From the NCBI RefSeq assembly GCF_009914755.1, contig NC_060926.1: 64,000 nucleotides of DNA. One strand, written 5' to 3'. How positions within the stretch are numbered: position 1 is the first letter of the stretch; each line of letters opens with the position of its first letter. Source of the DNA: the human T2T-CHM13v2.0 reference genome, Homo sapiens. The notes beneath the pieces are model-generated. The model was not told the origin of the DNA. It made no database searches and saw only the letters and a list, made by a program, of their open reading frames with translations. Shown here one piece after another: positions 46,020 through 59,864 of the stretch. The translations under genes and the position numbers were made by a program.

Positions 46020-46650
46020 TTTAAATATGATAAAATCTACTCTTTTAAAGTATAAAATTCAGGAGTTTTCAGTATATTCACAAATTTGTGTAACCATCAC
46101 CATTGCCTAACTCCACAACATTGCATCACCCAAAAGGAGACTGTACCATTAGTAGTCACTCTCCATTGTCCCCCTCTGCCAGCCCCTAGCAACCACTAAT
46201 CTTTCTATCTCTAGATTTGCCTATTCATTCATATAAAAGGAATCATGCAATAATCAGCCTTTTGTGTCTGGCATCTTTCACTTAGTGAAGTGTTCTCAAG
46301 GTTCATCCATGAGGTAACATGTATAGGCAGTTTCCTTCAATGGCTGAATAATAGTCCCTTGTATGGATATACTACATTTGCTTATCAGCTGATGGACATT
46401 TGGGTTGTTTCTACTTGTGGTTATTAGGACTAATTCTATTATTAATAACATTCATGTACAAATTTTTGTGTGAATGTATGTTTTCAATTATTTTTTAAAA
46501 AGTGGAATTGCTGTGTCATATGGTAAATCTCTGAAGCGCTGCCAAACACTTCTAAATCAGCTGTACCATTTCATATTCATCAGCAATGGATAAGGCTTCC
46601 AATTTCTCCACATCCTTGTGAACACTTTTTATTATCCCTATTTTTGATGA
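46020..46650 (-). mobile_element. L1MB/L1ME 3' end
   Basis: ttttaaagtataaaattcag...tgtaaccatcaccattgcctaactcca...gatggacatttgggttgtttctac. Confidence 0.8.
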
Positions 46651-47837
46651 AAATATATTTTTATATCTTACTTTTATACTTATTAAATTATGGCATTAAA
46701 ATCTTTGTAAACAGATTACTTTATAATTATTCAAATTTTAATATTCTTTTATACAATGTTTTAAAATGTTGCTTTACTGTTTACCATTTAGATTTTTATT
46801 AATTTGGACTATTCAAGGTAATACCACCAGAAGCATGTTTTACACAAAATGGTGTCTACATTTTTAAGTATCACAGGGATATGTTCTTAAGAATTAGACT
46901 GATCAGAAGGGCATAAACATTATACATATTCTTTATAATGTTCCAAAACAGTTCTGAGATTTTTATAAACATCTTTCCAGAAGTATGTAAGAATGAATGT
47001 CTTCCAAATTTCTCAGTGCTGAGTAGGAACTTTTATTGAAATGATGAAAGGTATATTTTTATTAGTATTTAAGTTGAACGCTTTCCTCAGCATCTACTGG
47101 TCATTCACATTTTATTTTCTGTGAATTTTTTGGTTATCAGTATTGTCTTTATTCTGTTATTATTTATAAATGTATTTGTTGTCATTGATCTCGATGACCT
47201 CTTTAAATATTACATGCATATGAACCATTGACATATTGATTGCAAATTTTCATTTGGGTTTTTCTTTTATCTATAATGTGCATTAAAGAGGAATAGATGT
47301 GAATTTTATTGAAAGAGCTAATTTATTAGTCGTTGATTTCTTCCATTGCTTAGTGGTTTAGAAGTTCTTTCCACTGTGAGAGGTCAGTTAAATACTTGCC
47401 AAAATTTTATTTTACATTGCAATCTATTTATTTATTTTACATTTGTTCTACTACATGCTGGTTTTATTTTGCTATACTGTATGTGTTCAGATCTGTTTGG
47501 AATCCTTAACTCTTTCTTCACAGGTGAGGTTGTGGGCCCTTTATAATATGACATGGCTTATTTCATTCCTCTTATGACTTGTTAACACCAGTAACATCTT
47601 GTTGGCTTCAGATAAAGTTTTCATTTCCTGATTTGCTTCAATAATACCTGATGTAATTTGGGATGTGTCTTTGGTTTCTAAATGCAAAATTTACCTTTAA
47701 AATGTGCCTACTTTACCTCCCTTGTGACGTATCCTCAATTGCAGGTTTGCTCTGGCCCAGTAAAGTTTATTTCCTTGATTGAAGTTTCTTTCTAAATACC
47801 CAACTTCCCCCATATCATTTTTTTACTATTTGATATT

Positions 47838-47839
<2 letters not shown>

Positions 47840-47899
<60 letters not shown>
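47840..47899. repeat. Compound (CT)n(GT)n microsatellite
   Basis: Direct reading. Confidence 0.95.
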
Positions 47900-49052
47900 G
47901 TTTTGAGCACATATATTGCCTTTGCTATATGTTTTCTGATTCTTAACTGATACCATACTCATTATTATAGCTTCTTAATGTGCTTTAACACAGCTGGGTG
48001 AGTTCTCCTTCATTACATTACTTTTGAGAAACATTTCTCAGCTATTCACAACAGTCTATTTCTCTTCAATGTTTTAGTTTAATTTTTGCTTTGCACATAA
48101 AAAAATATAGTTTTACAAGGCTTACAAAAGAAAAAAAAGTTTTTACCACCAGCTCCATTCCCATTCTTTCTCTCCTCCCTAATAAACACGTCCTCTTCCC
48201 CTGTTATTTCCACATTTTCTTAGTGCAGAAAGTTCAAAATTATTGGCTAGGACAATATTCAGGGGCCATATTATGACTGTGTGAACACTTCATGATTGAG
48301 CTTTCCTATTTCTCTTTTGTACTTTTTCACATATTTAAACTTATTTTTAACTCAGTTAACTTGGTTAAAAATCATCTCAGTATTTTCAGAAACATCAGAT
48401 TTTCTTTCAATTTCATACTCTTGGAGATACACCTCCGAAGTCTCCTGCCCTGCTCCAATATGCACTGGCTGCTCTGTAAGTCTATTTTGGGGCTATTTTC
48501 TTATGACCTGCCTTCCCCATCATTCCGTGCTGCCCTTCATCACTTTCCCGTGTGTGACTTTCTGTTTCTCGGTATTGATTGCTTCCTCTTTCTAAATGCT
48601 TCAAAAAGATAAAACATCTCTTACAATCAGAAAAAGTGTGTAGAAAGTAAATTTTGTGCATGTTGCATGTTCAAAAACATGCTTATTATTTCCCCATACT
48701 TAATTAATATGTTTGAATTCACTGGAAATTCTGGAATAAAATTTTTAACAAAAACTTTGAAGATGTTTATCCATCATCCTCTGGCATTTTACTGTTGAGA
48801 AGTCTGATGTCATTCTAATATCTGATATTTCATATACAACTTCACCTTCTCATTCAAAAGCTTTTTAGGATCTTATATTTCCCAGATTTCTTGAATGTTT
48901 AATATCAAATCTTTGTGTGTGTTATTTCATTCATTGTGCCAGGCACTCTGTGTACCTGTCACTTTTAACTCTTCTGTCTTTGAATTCTGGAAAACATCAT
49001 TTGTATATTTCTTTTTTTTAATTATTACTTTTTTATTTATATTATTGGTTAG

Positions 49053-49780
49053 TTTTTTAAACTTTTAGCTTACATTCAGGGGTGCATGTGCAGGTTTGTT
49101 ACACTGGTAAACTGTTCATCACACGGGTTGGGTGTACAGATTGTTTTTTCACCTAGGTAATAAACATAGTAACAAATAGTTATTTGATCCCCTCTCTCCT
49201 CCCATCCTCCACCCTCAAGTAGGTCCCTGTGGCTGCTGTTCCTTTCTTTGTGTTCATGTCTACTTAATGTTTAACTCCCACTTATAAGTGAGAACATGAA
49301 GTATTTCAGCTTCTGTTCTTTCATTAGTTTGCTTCTCATGGCTTCCAGCTCAAACCATGTCGCTGCAAAAGACACAGTCTCCTTCATTTTTATGGCTGCA
49401 TAATGTTCTATGGTGTATATGGACTACATTTTCTTTATCCAGTCTACCATTGATGGGCATTTAGGTTGATTCCATAACTCTGCTGCTGTGAATAGTGCTG
49501 GGGTGAACATATGTGTGCATGTGTCTCCGTGGTAGAACGATTTCTATTTCTTTGGGTATATACCCAATAATGGAATTGCTGGGTTGAATGGTACTTCTGT
49601 TTTAAGTTATTTGAGAAATTGTCACACTGCTTTCCACAATGGCTGAACTAATTTACATTCACACTGGTAGTATATAACCATTCCCTTTTCTCCACAGCCT
49701 TGCCAACATATGTTATTTTTTGACTTTTTAATAGCCATTCTGACTGGTGTGAGATGCTATCTCATTGTGATTTTGATTTT
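49053..49780 (-). mobile_element. L1PA15/16-like 3' fragment
   Basis: cattcaggggtgcatgtgcaggtttgttac...ccctcaagtaggtccc...ctcattgtgattttgattt. Confidence 0.85.
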
Positions 49781-50496
49781 AGATAAATGCAAATCAAAAC
49801 CACATCTCATACCAGTCAGAATGGCTATTACTAAAAAGTCAAAAATTAACAGATGCTGGTGAGGTTGTAGAGAAAAAGGAATGCTTACACACTGTTGGTG
49901 GAAGTGTAAATTCGTTCAACCATTGTGGAAGACAGTGTGGCGATTCCTCAAGGACCTAAAGACAGAAATACCATTCGACCCAGCAATCCCATTCTGGGTA
50001 TATACCCAAAGGAATAGAAATCATTCTATTATAAAGACACGGCATGTGTATGTTCATTGCAGTGCTATTTTCAATAGCAAAGACATAGAATCAACCTAAA
50101 TGCCCATTAATGATAGACTGGATAAAGAAAATGTGGTACAAATACACTAGGTATGCAGCCATTAAAAATAATGAGATTATGTCCTTTGCAGGCACATGGA
50201 TGGAGCTGGAGGCCATTATCCTTAGCAAACTAATGCAGGAACAGAAAAACAAATACTGCATGTTCTCATGTATAAGTGGGAGCTAAATGATGAGAAAATA
50301 TGGACACATAGGGGGAAAAATGCACACTAGGGCCTACTGGAGGGCAGAGGGTAGGAGGAAGACGATCAGGAAAAATAACAAATGGACATTAGGCTTAATA
50401 CCTGGGTGATGAAATCATCTGTAAAACAAACCCCCATGACACACATTTACCTATGCAACAAACCTGCACTTGTACCTCTGAACTTAAAAGTTAAAA
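49781..50496 (+). mobile_element. L1PA11-13-like 3' fragment
   Basis: aaatgcaaatcaaaaccaca...aggcttaatacctgggtgatgaaat...gaacttaaaagttaaaa. Confidence 0.88.
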
Positions 50497-51422
50497 TATA
50501 TATATATTTTAATATGTTTCCCACAATTTATCTTTAGAATTTGTTACTATTGTATGTATTTTATATATTCCAGTAGGTCATTGTTATTATGACAAAAGTT
50601 AATAATTTTTTTATATTGATGTGTTCAGAGGAAGTTACAGAACTCTCCTATTAATCTAAATTGCTTAGGTTTCTAAATAGGTGATCATGTCACTTGTTAA
50701 TAATAGGTTATTTTTGAAATTTTTTTATGTGATATTCAATTTAATATAGACAATCAAGTTATGAAATAAACAACTTTTCACACTTATTTGTATATGAACA
50801 AATTAAATAGCATTGGAATTAGTTGCTACTGTAAAGTTTAAATATGTATAAAAATGTCAAGCCTTAAGCACTAATTTTGAATTGATATCTGATTTCTAAA
50901 ATTCTACTGTTTTATTATCTGCTTAGGTTTTCTCTCTCTCCCTCTATGTATATATATATAAATATATATATATGCATACACGCAGATATATATATACACA
51001 CAATAAAAATATATTCTATATAAATATGTATATGTAATATAGTATAAACATATATTTGATGTATTACATATACAATTACAAATTTTTTTCCTTTTATCCC
51101 ATTAAAAATTTTTATGAATAATTACATAAAATATACAATTATACTTTTGCAATCTCCTACTTACATATCTTGTTACATCTCTTGCTTATTTTATTTGTAT
51201 CATCTATATTTCACCTTGATTAGACTTTTCAGATTGTTACATATTTTTTAACTAAAAGTTTCAATTTATATATTTATTTTACTCTTTTATTTTTTCATAT
51301 TTCATAATTTCACATTTCATATTTCTGTAATTTTTCTACTCTTTTCTCTAATAGTTTTCGTTACCTTTGGTTAACTTATCAAATTGAATACTTACCTCAT
51401 TTATTTTAATTATCCATTTCAT

Positions 51423-52817
51423 TGAGAGGTGACAGCGTGCTGGCAGTCCTCACAGCCCTCGCTCTCTCTCTGCGCCTCCTCGGCCTGGGCTCCCACTTTG
51501 GCGGCACTTGAGGAGCCCTTCAGCCCACCGCTGCACTGTGGACGCCCCTTTCTGGGCTGGCCAAGGCCAGAGCCGGCTGGCTCCCTCAGCTTGCAGGGAG
51601 GTGTGGAGGGAGAGGCGCGAGCGGGAACCGGGGGCTGCGCGCGGCGCTTGCAGGCCAGCTGGAGTTCCGGGTGGGCGTGGGCTTGGGGGGCCCCGCACTC
51701 AGAGCAGACGGCCGGCCCTGCCGGCCCTGGGCAATGAGGGGCTTAGCACCCGGGCCAGCGGCTGCGGAGGGTGTACTGGGTCCCCCAGCAGTGCCAGCCC
51801 ACCGGCGCTGTGCTCGATTTCTCACCGGGCCTTAGCTGCCTTCCCGCGGGGCATGGCTCCGGACCTGCAGCCTGCCATTCCTGAGCCTCCCACCCCCTCC
51901 ATGGGCTCCTGTGCTGCCGGAGCCTCCCCGACGAGTGCCACCCCCTGCTCCACGGCGCCCAGTCCCATCCACCACCCAAGGGCTGAGGAGTGCGGGCGCA
52001 CGGCACCGGGACTGGCAGGCAGCTACACCTGCAGCCCCGGTGCGGGATCCACTGGGTGAAGCCAGCTGGGCTCCTGAGTCTGGTAGGGACGTGGAGAACC
52101 TTTATGTCTAGCTCAGGGATTGTAAATACACCAATCAGCACCCTGTGTCTAGCTCAGGGTTTGTGAATGCACCAATCGACAGTCTGTATCTAGCTACTCT
52201 GGTGGGGCCTTGGAGAACCTTTGTGTCCATACTCTGTATCTAACTAATCTGGTGGGGACGTGGAGAACCTTTGTGTGTAGCTCAGGGATTGTAAACGCAC
52301 GAATCAGCGCCTTGTCAAAACAGACCACTGGGCTCTACCAATCAGCAGGACGTGGGTGGGGCCAGATAAGAGAATAAAAGCAGGCTGCCCTAGCCAGCAG
52401 TGGCAACCCACTCGGGTCCCCTTCCCCAGTGTGGAAGCTTTGTTCTTCTGCTCTTTGCAATGAGTCTTGCTACTGCTCACTCTTTGGGTCCACACTGCTT
52501 TTATGAGCTCTAACACTCACAGCGAAGGTCTGCAGCTTCACTCCTGAAGCCAGCGAGAGGAGGAGCCCACTGGGAGGAACGAACAACTCCAGACGCGCCG
52601 CCTTAAGAGCTGTAACACTCACAGCCAAGGTCTGCAGCTTCACTCCTGAGCCAGCGAGACCACAAACCCACCAGAAGGAAGAAACTCCGAACACATCCAA
52701 ACATCAGAAGGAACGAACTCCAGACGCGCCACCTTAAGAGCCGTAACACTCACCGCCAGGGTCCGTGGCTTCATTCTTGAAGTCAGTGAGACCAAGAACC
52801 CACCAATTCCGGACACA
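51423..52817 (+). mobile_element. LTR12C (ERV9) solo LTR with 4-bp TSD
   Basis: tgagaggtgacagcgtgctggcagtcc...ccaattccggacaca. TSD tcat at 51419-51422 and 52818-52821. CpG-rich 5' part with tandem enhancer and U5 repeats. Confidence 0.96.
52095..52400 (+). promoter_or_regulatory. LTR12 U3 enhancer/promoter (CCAAT repeats, GT box, GATA, AATAAAA TATA-like element)
   Basis: ccaat at ~52131, 52172 and 52338. gtgggtggggccagataagagaataaaagcagg at ~52352-52385. Confidence 0.75.
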
Positions 52818-52933
52818 TCATGATCATGTAATTAAAGGTTAAGAATTGACAGGTACTACTTTAGCCAATTTTCACATTTTTCTGATAAAGTAAGGTTTCC
52901 TTCTGAATTAGCTGAAATTGTAATGTTGGTTTA

Positions 52934-53400
52934 TGTCATGAGTTGAATGTGTTCCCCTCAAATGTATACACTGATATCCTAATTTTCATGATCTTAGAAT
53001 ATAACCTTATTGGGGAATAAAGTCATTGCAGATGTAATTAGTTTGGGTGAGGTTCTGTTGGAGTAGGGTAGGCCCCTAATTCAATACGATGGGTATTCTT
53101 ATAAAAAAATGTCATGTGAAGAGACAGACATGCACATAGAAAGAAAGCCACATGAGCATGAAGGCAGAGATCAGGGTGGTGTGTCTACAACCAAGAAATG
53201 CCGAAAATTGCTAGTGAACCACCATAATGTAGGAGAGAAACCTGGATCCAATTCTCCCTCATAGTTCTCAGAAGGAACCAACACTGCTGACACTTTGATC
53301 TCAGTCCCTTAGACTCCAGAACTGAGAGACAATTCATTTCTGCTGCTTAAGCTGCCCAGTTTGTAGTATTTTAATACTACAGTTCTAGGAAGCAAATGCA
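52934..53400 (+). mobile_element. MLT1B/C solo LTR
   Basis: tgtcatgagttgaatgtgttcccc...ttgcagatgtaattagtt...ctccagaactgagagacaat...aaatgca. Confidence 0.85.
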
Positions 53401-54839
53401 GTTTTCTATTTGACCAAGGAATATAAAAGGATTTTTCTATTGTGAAAATCAGATTACAGGATATTTCAAAGTTTTCTTTTTAGATTAAAACTCATTATTA
53501 TTAGAAATATTCCAAAGATACTTAAATTTTATTCTTTCAGAATATAAAGTGTTAATTGAAGAAGGATTTATCAAGCTAATGAACAAAGAACTGCTATAAG
53601 TGCTGGGGCTATTTCAGTGAACAAGGACGCGCAGTTCTGTGATTTTCAAAACATAAGTAACAGAGGTACAGATAATGAACACATAAATAAATTTTCAGAT
53701 TGCTTTGCATCCTATTAAGTAAATATATACAGCTGTGTATTGCAAAATAAGAACAGTAAAGCATGGAGAACAGGTGAGAGAAGGTCCAAACCAAGAACCA
53801 AAGATTGGGAAGGAGGTAGCCAGTTGGAATTGTAAGGGTACATCCTGGGCAGAAGTAACAGTAAGTGCAATCAGCAAGGTAAGAATAAGTATGACCTGTT
53901 CAGCAATAGAAAGGAGACCAGGTTACCAGAGTAAGGTGGAGAGTGGTTGAAGTTGGCCAGAGACAAGTCATGGAGCCAGTGAGTAGAGTTTGCTGCATTT
54001 TAACATTTAGGGTTCATTTCTATTTTTATTGGTAAGAGAATCCAATTGTCTTCTGGGGGAACCAATTTCTCCTACAATCTCAGGCTAGTGCAGAATCTCA
54101 GTGTGGATCATTTTCCCTTTCACAGGGAATACTTGACTCAGGTCTGACTATACAGCTCATCACATACTCTGCTATATACCCTTGTGACCCAATCAGAGGA
54201 GAGTCCTGAGGGCAAAACATGCTGTCTTCTGTAGCATAAGAATCAGGTGTTTTATCATCATGTGGATACCTCATCATGACGCAGACAGCAGAGCCAAGAG
54301 TTGGTGAGAATGGATTCTGTAGACATCCTCTCTAAGTGCTTAGGTCAGCATACTCTGAAGCCAGATCTATCTTGAAGGAGCAGTTATTTTGAGTTAGGTT
54401 TCCTGTCTCTTAGAATCATAATGGAATGAGATCATATCTACTAATTAATCTCTATTAAATATATTGCTCGAAATGTTCCCATTTATCCACCTATTTAGCC
54501 TTTGATCAATACAATTTTAAAATCTCTCATTGCAGTTGTATTTCTGTCAATGCCACATTGTATTTCAACATTTAGATGTGCATCTCTTTATTACTGCTTA
54601 CAGTGGTACTGATGTAAAATGATCTGCTTTGACAGATTTGATTGTTCAGATCCTGTAGTTCTCTCTTCTATTAAAAGAGTTCCAGCTTTGCCTTTGCTTT
54701 ATTTTTTTAAAGCACATTTCTTGTGTGATGACTATCATTAGTTGTTATTTGCTTATTTAGTTCTTCATTTTTATTTTTAGCAACCTGACTTCTTACCCTG
54801 AAGTAGCAGGGCCCTGGTCCTTCAGTAACTTTCTGGGGA

Positions 54840-55522
<683 letters not shown>

Positions 55523-55722
55523 TTTTTTTTCCAGCTTTATTGAGGTATGATTGATGAATAAAAATTGTATGTATTTAGGAAATACGATTAGATGTTTTGA
55601 TAGTTGTATGCATGGTAAAATAATTACCACCATTAAACTAATTAACATATTATTCCCTTACATATTTACCTTTCTTCTTGTTGTGAGAACGCTTGAGATC
55701 TACTCATAGTAAATTTCAACTA
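55523..55722 (-). mobile_element. L1MA terminal 3'UTR and A-tail, the missing end of 25933-27997
   Basis: Reverse strand reads TAgttgaaatttactatgagtagatctcaagcgttctcac...atacctcaataaagctggaaaaaaaa. Confidence 0.85.
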
Positions 55723-55878
55723 CAGCATACCATGGAGATCCTGAAGGCTGGGTTTCAGACCACTGCAATAAAGCAAATATCACAGTAAAGCAAGTCATAC
55801 ACATTTTTTTGTTTGCTAGTACCTATAAAAGTTATGCTTATACTTTTGGTTTCCTAGTACATATAAAAGTTATGCTTA
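55723..55878 (-). mobile_element. Tigger1 right terminus with TIR
   Basis: TA followed by cagcataccatggagat...ttcagaccactgcaataaagcaaatatcacagtaaagcaagtca...tataaaagttatg. Confidence 0.88.
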
Positions 55879-55972
55879 ATATTTAATAAACACTAATTTT
55901 ACACTAGCCCGTTTCAGAAAATAGAAAAGAACATTTTTCAACTCATTTTATAAGGTCATTATTACCCTGATT

Positions 55973-56546
55973 CAATCTTGGGAGATTGTGTGCTTCCAGG
56001 GATTTATCCATTTCTTCTACATTTTCAAATTTGTATTCATAGAATTTTCACAGCAGTCTCTGAGAATCTTTTGTATTTCTGCAAGATCAGTTGTATTATC
56101 ACCTTTGTCATTTAGATTGTGCTTATTTGGATCTTCTCTTTCTTGTTAATCTAGCCTGGGATCTATCAATCTTATTTTGTTAAAGAAAAAACTTCTGGTT
56201 TTATTGATTTTTGTATGGATTTTTACATCTCAATTTTATTAAGTGCTTCTCAAATTTTATTTATTTATTTTCTTCGGCTAGCTTTGGAGTTGGTTTGTCT
56301 TTTTTTTCCTAGTTCCTTTAGGTGCAAAGTTAGATTGTTAGTTTGATATCTTTTTAACTTCTTGATGAAGGCATTAGGGCTATAAACTTTCCTCTTAACA
56401 CCGCTTTGACTACACCACAGAGATTTTGGTAAGTTGTGTCCCTATGTTCATTACCTTCAAATAATTTTTTATTAATTCCTTAATTTCAGTGTTTACCTTT
56501 CAGGAGTTATTCATAAGTAAGTTGTTTAATTTCCATGTATTTGTGT
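55973..56546 (-). mobile_element. L1PA/PB ORF2 internal fragment
   Basis: tcaatcttgggagattgtgtgcttccagggatttatccatttcttc...ctataaactttcctcttaacacc. Confidence 0.8.
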
Positions 56547-56694
56547 GCCACTTTAATATAATAAAATATATGAAATACATAGGGATAAACTTAAAAAAAA
56601 ATATGCAAGAACAAGCACTGGAGTCTACAAGAAATTGATGAAGAACTTACAGAAGATCAAAATGAATAGATAGATATAGATATATTAGATAGTT

Positions 56695-56793
56695 TGTGTG
56701 TATTTATATGTATATATGATATATATGATATATGATATCCTATCATATATATGATATATATGATGTATATATGATATATATATACATACACAC
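56695..56793. repeat. (TATATGA)n-like low-complexity repeat
   Basis: atatatgatatatatgatatatgatatcc. Confidence 0.8.
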
Positions 56794-57135
56794 ACCATCT
56801 TTGTGAATTAGAAAATCTACTATTGCTAAGCTGTCAGCACCTCAAACTGTTATATAAGTTTTGGTATAGATGTTGAAATACTAATTTTAAATGTTTATGT
56901 AAATGCAGGGGATCTAAATCAGGCAAAAGATGTTGCAAAAAGTAAAACAGAGTCAGAAGACTCACACTACATGGATTTAAGAATTACTATAAGGCTATAA
57001 TAATGAAGACAGTGTGATATTGGCTTAAGGCTAGACACATAGGTCAATGGATCAGAATAGAGCATCCAGAAACAAACTCATACATCTATGGTCAATTGAT
57101 TTTCAGAAAAAGTAACTCAATAATAAAATTATTGC

Positions 57136-57648
57136 TGTGATTGAGTGGATAATCCTTCCCCATCCCACCAAAGATGTGCATGTCCTAATCCTCTAAACCT
57201 GTAAAGATGTTACCTTATATGGCAAAGGAACTTTGCTGATGCTATTAAAGATCTTGATTTTCAGTGTTGGCCTCCTGTATAATTATGTAGGTAGACAATA
57301 TAATTACATAGGTCTTTAGAAGAGGGAAGCAGGAGGTTCAGAACAAGAAGGCAATGTAATGATGAAATCAGAGTCAGTGAAGGATTACTGACAATGTTAT
57401 TCTTCTGACATTGAAGATGGAGGAAAAGGCCAAAAACCAAGGAATGCAGAAAACCTCTAGAAGCTGGAAAAGGCAAGGGAAGGATTCTCCCCTAGAAACT
57501 TCAGAAGAAACCAGCCTTCCTGAAATCTTGCCTTTAGCTCAGTGACATTAATTTTGGCACTCTGACCTCCAGAACTATAATACATTTCCATTATCTTAAG
57601 TCACTAAGTTTCTGATCATTCGTTCAGCAGCAATAGGAGACTAATGCA
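57136..57648 (+). mobile_element. MLT1D solo LTR
   Basis: aaagatgtgcatgtcctaatcc...gttaccttatatggcaaagg...gcaataggagactaatgca. TSD attgc/attgt. Confidence 0.85.
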
Positions 57649-59864
57649 ATTGTCTTCAACAAATTGTGTTAGAACAATTGAATAACCATACGCAAAAAAT
57701 CCCTCACATCTTACCCGACACCATTATAAATTTTGAATAAAAATAATTAACAAACTTAAATGTAAGAGCTAATGAATAATACTTCTAGAAAAAAAAAGAA
57801 GAAAATTAGATTAGACAAATATTTCCTAGATGGGATACTAAAGTATGAACCATAAAACATAAAAAGTTGGGCTTAATCAAAATTAAGATATTTTGCTCTT
57901 CAAAATATACTGTTAAGAAAATGAAACAGCAATCTACAGATATGAAAAAGATATTTGCAAACATGTATCTCATAAATGACTTATATGTACAATATATAAA
58001 AAAGACAAAAAGTAACTTAAAAATATATAATTAGGTAAGATATTTTAAGTTACTTTACCAAACAGGTTTTATGAAAAGCAAATAAAAACATGAAAAAATG
58101 TTCAACATCACGTAACTAGGGAAATGCAAATTAAAAACATGGAATAGCATATCGCTGTTATTAGAATGTCCAAAAAAAAACAAATGAACAAAAACAAACA
58201 AAAAACTATACACATACACACAAACAACTGAAAATTCCAAGTACTAGTGACAATGTAGAGCACCTGAAACTCAGACATTGCTAGCAGCAATGCAAAATAA
58301 TACAGGTGACATTGGAACATGTATTAGCATTTCCTTGTAAAGACAAATATACATTTATCATAGAACTTAGCAATACAAGTCCTAGCTAATTGTGTAAGTA
58401 ACTAAATGAACATAAATGCCCATAAAAGGCTTGTCCTTTAGTGTTCATAGCAACTTTGTTCTCAATAGTCCTAAATTGGGAAAAGACTAAAATAATCATC
58501 AATTGGCCCATGGATAAACAAATCATATTGTATCCATGTAATGAAATACAATGAATAATTCTCAGCAATGAAAAGGAGCAAACTACTAAATTTCAAAGTG
58601 AACAAATTTTAAAAGCATTATTCCAAATATAAGAAACTAGACATAAATACCACATAATCTATGACTCCATTTATATAAAAGCATAAAATACACAAAGCTA
58701 TAGTGACAGAAAGCAGATGATGGTTTAATAGGGACAGGTGGTTGGGGGGAGGGTGAGGAGATGTGGGAAATGTCATGCGTAATGGATCGTACTTTGGGTG
58801 GTGATTACATAACTATATATATATATATATATATATTTGTTAACAGTTGTTGAATTATGCACCTGAAATTGTTAAATATGATTTTATGTAAACTATACCC
58901 CAAAAAGTCGATTTTACAAAAATTACTAATACACTCAAAACACAGATAAGTCCCTTAAGTGTTACATGGAACAAATGGAACAAGATGCAAGAGTAAACAG
59001 TCTATGATTTCATTTATATGATGTTAAACAAGACAAATCATCTACAGTCATCGAAAAAAAAAAAAACTCAGAAAGGTGTTGTCTGTGGAAATGATGGTTG
59101 ACTGGAGTCTTACACCAGAATAATATCTTGGTAATGGAAATTGTCAGTAGTTTACCAGTGTGGTTGTACTATGATGTATCCATTTATCATAACTCATCAA
59201 AATGTACACTTTGGATTTCTAAATTTTAAAAAATTTACTATATATAAATTTTACCTCAATAAGAAAAAAAGAATGATTTTTCATATTTGGACCCAAACTA
59301 AGAGTGCACAATTTGTCACTGTTTTATGGTTTTATACCATGCCATTTATTTCAGGAGTTATTAAAACACTAAGTTATTCTGTGGTTTGCACTTTCCAAAT
59401 ATCACAAACAAAGTCTCCTAACAAACACTCTAGACCAAAAATCTATGACTTCAAAATTCCATACTTAATCCCTTAAGGTAAAATTAAATTGTAAGTGTGC
59501 CTGAGGTCATCTCTTTCTAAAATTTCTTGACCCAAGAGTAACTTCTTTTAAGAACTATGCACATTTCATTCAAAAACAACATAAATTTGCAGAGACGCTC
59601 TTTCTGTATTAGTCTTTCTATTAGGGGGCTGAATTCTCAGACTATTTGTCGTAAGAGAGGGCTATGGTATCTACTGGCAAACTGCATACAAACTGGGTCT
59701 ATCCCTTAAAAAAATTTCAACTACTTATAAAAACTTTCTATTTAACATGGTGTCTAGTATAACTTGCTGCATTCTATTTATATTCTATACTTATTATTTA
59801 ATTATTTGATAGTTTAAATGGAAGGGCTTACCTTTATAAATGTAGCATTGGCAACTATGTTAAT

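Larger units (their letters stand above)
55884..59270 (+). mobile_element. Old L1M ORF2 to 3' end, interrupted by an L1P fragment and MLT1D
   Basis: cactaattttacac...ttcagaaaatagaaaagaacatttttcaactcattttataagg...ccctgat. ORF2 3' text at 56550-58300. Ends ttttacctcaataagaaaaaaa. Confidence 0.75.

Noticed and set aside
51429-52700. Cluster of overlapping 66-183 aa ORFs and CpG-island-like sequence
   Set aside because: All lie inside GC-rich LTR12C, where stop codons are rare. No host gene is indicated.
52085-52790. Spaced direct repeats resembling a CRISPR-like array
   Set aside because: These are the standard LTR12 U3 enhancer and U5 tandem repeats. There are no unique spacers or cas genes, and the context is eukaryotic.
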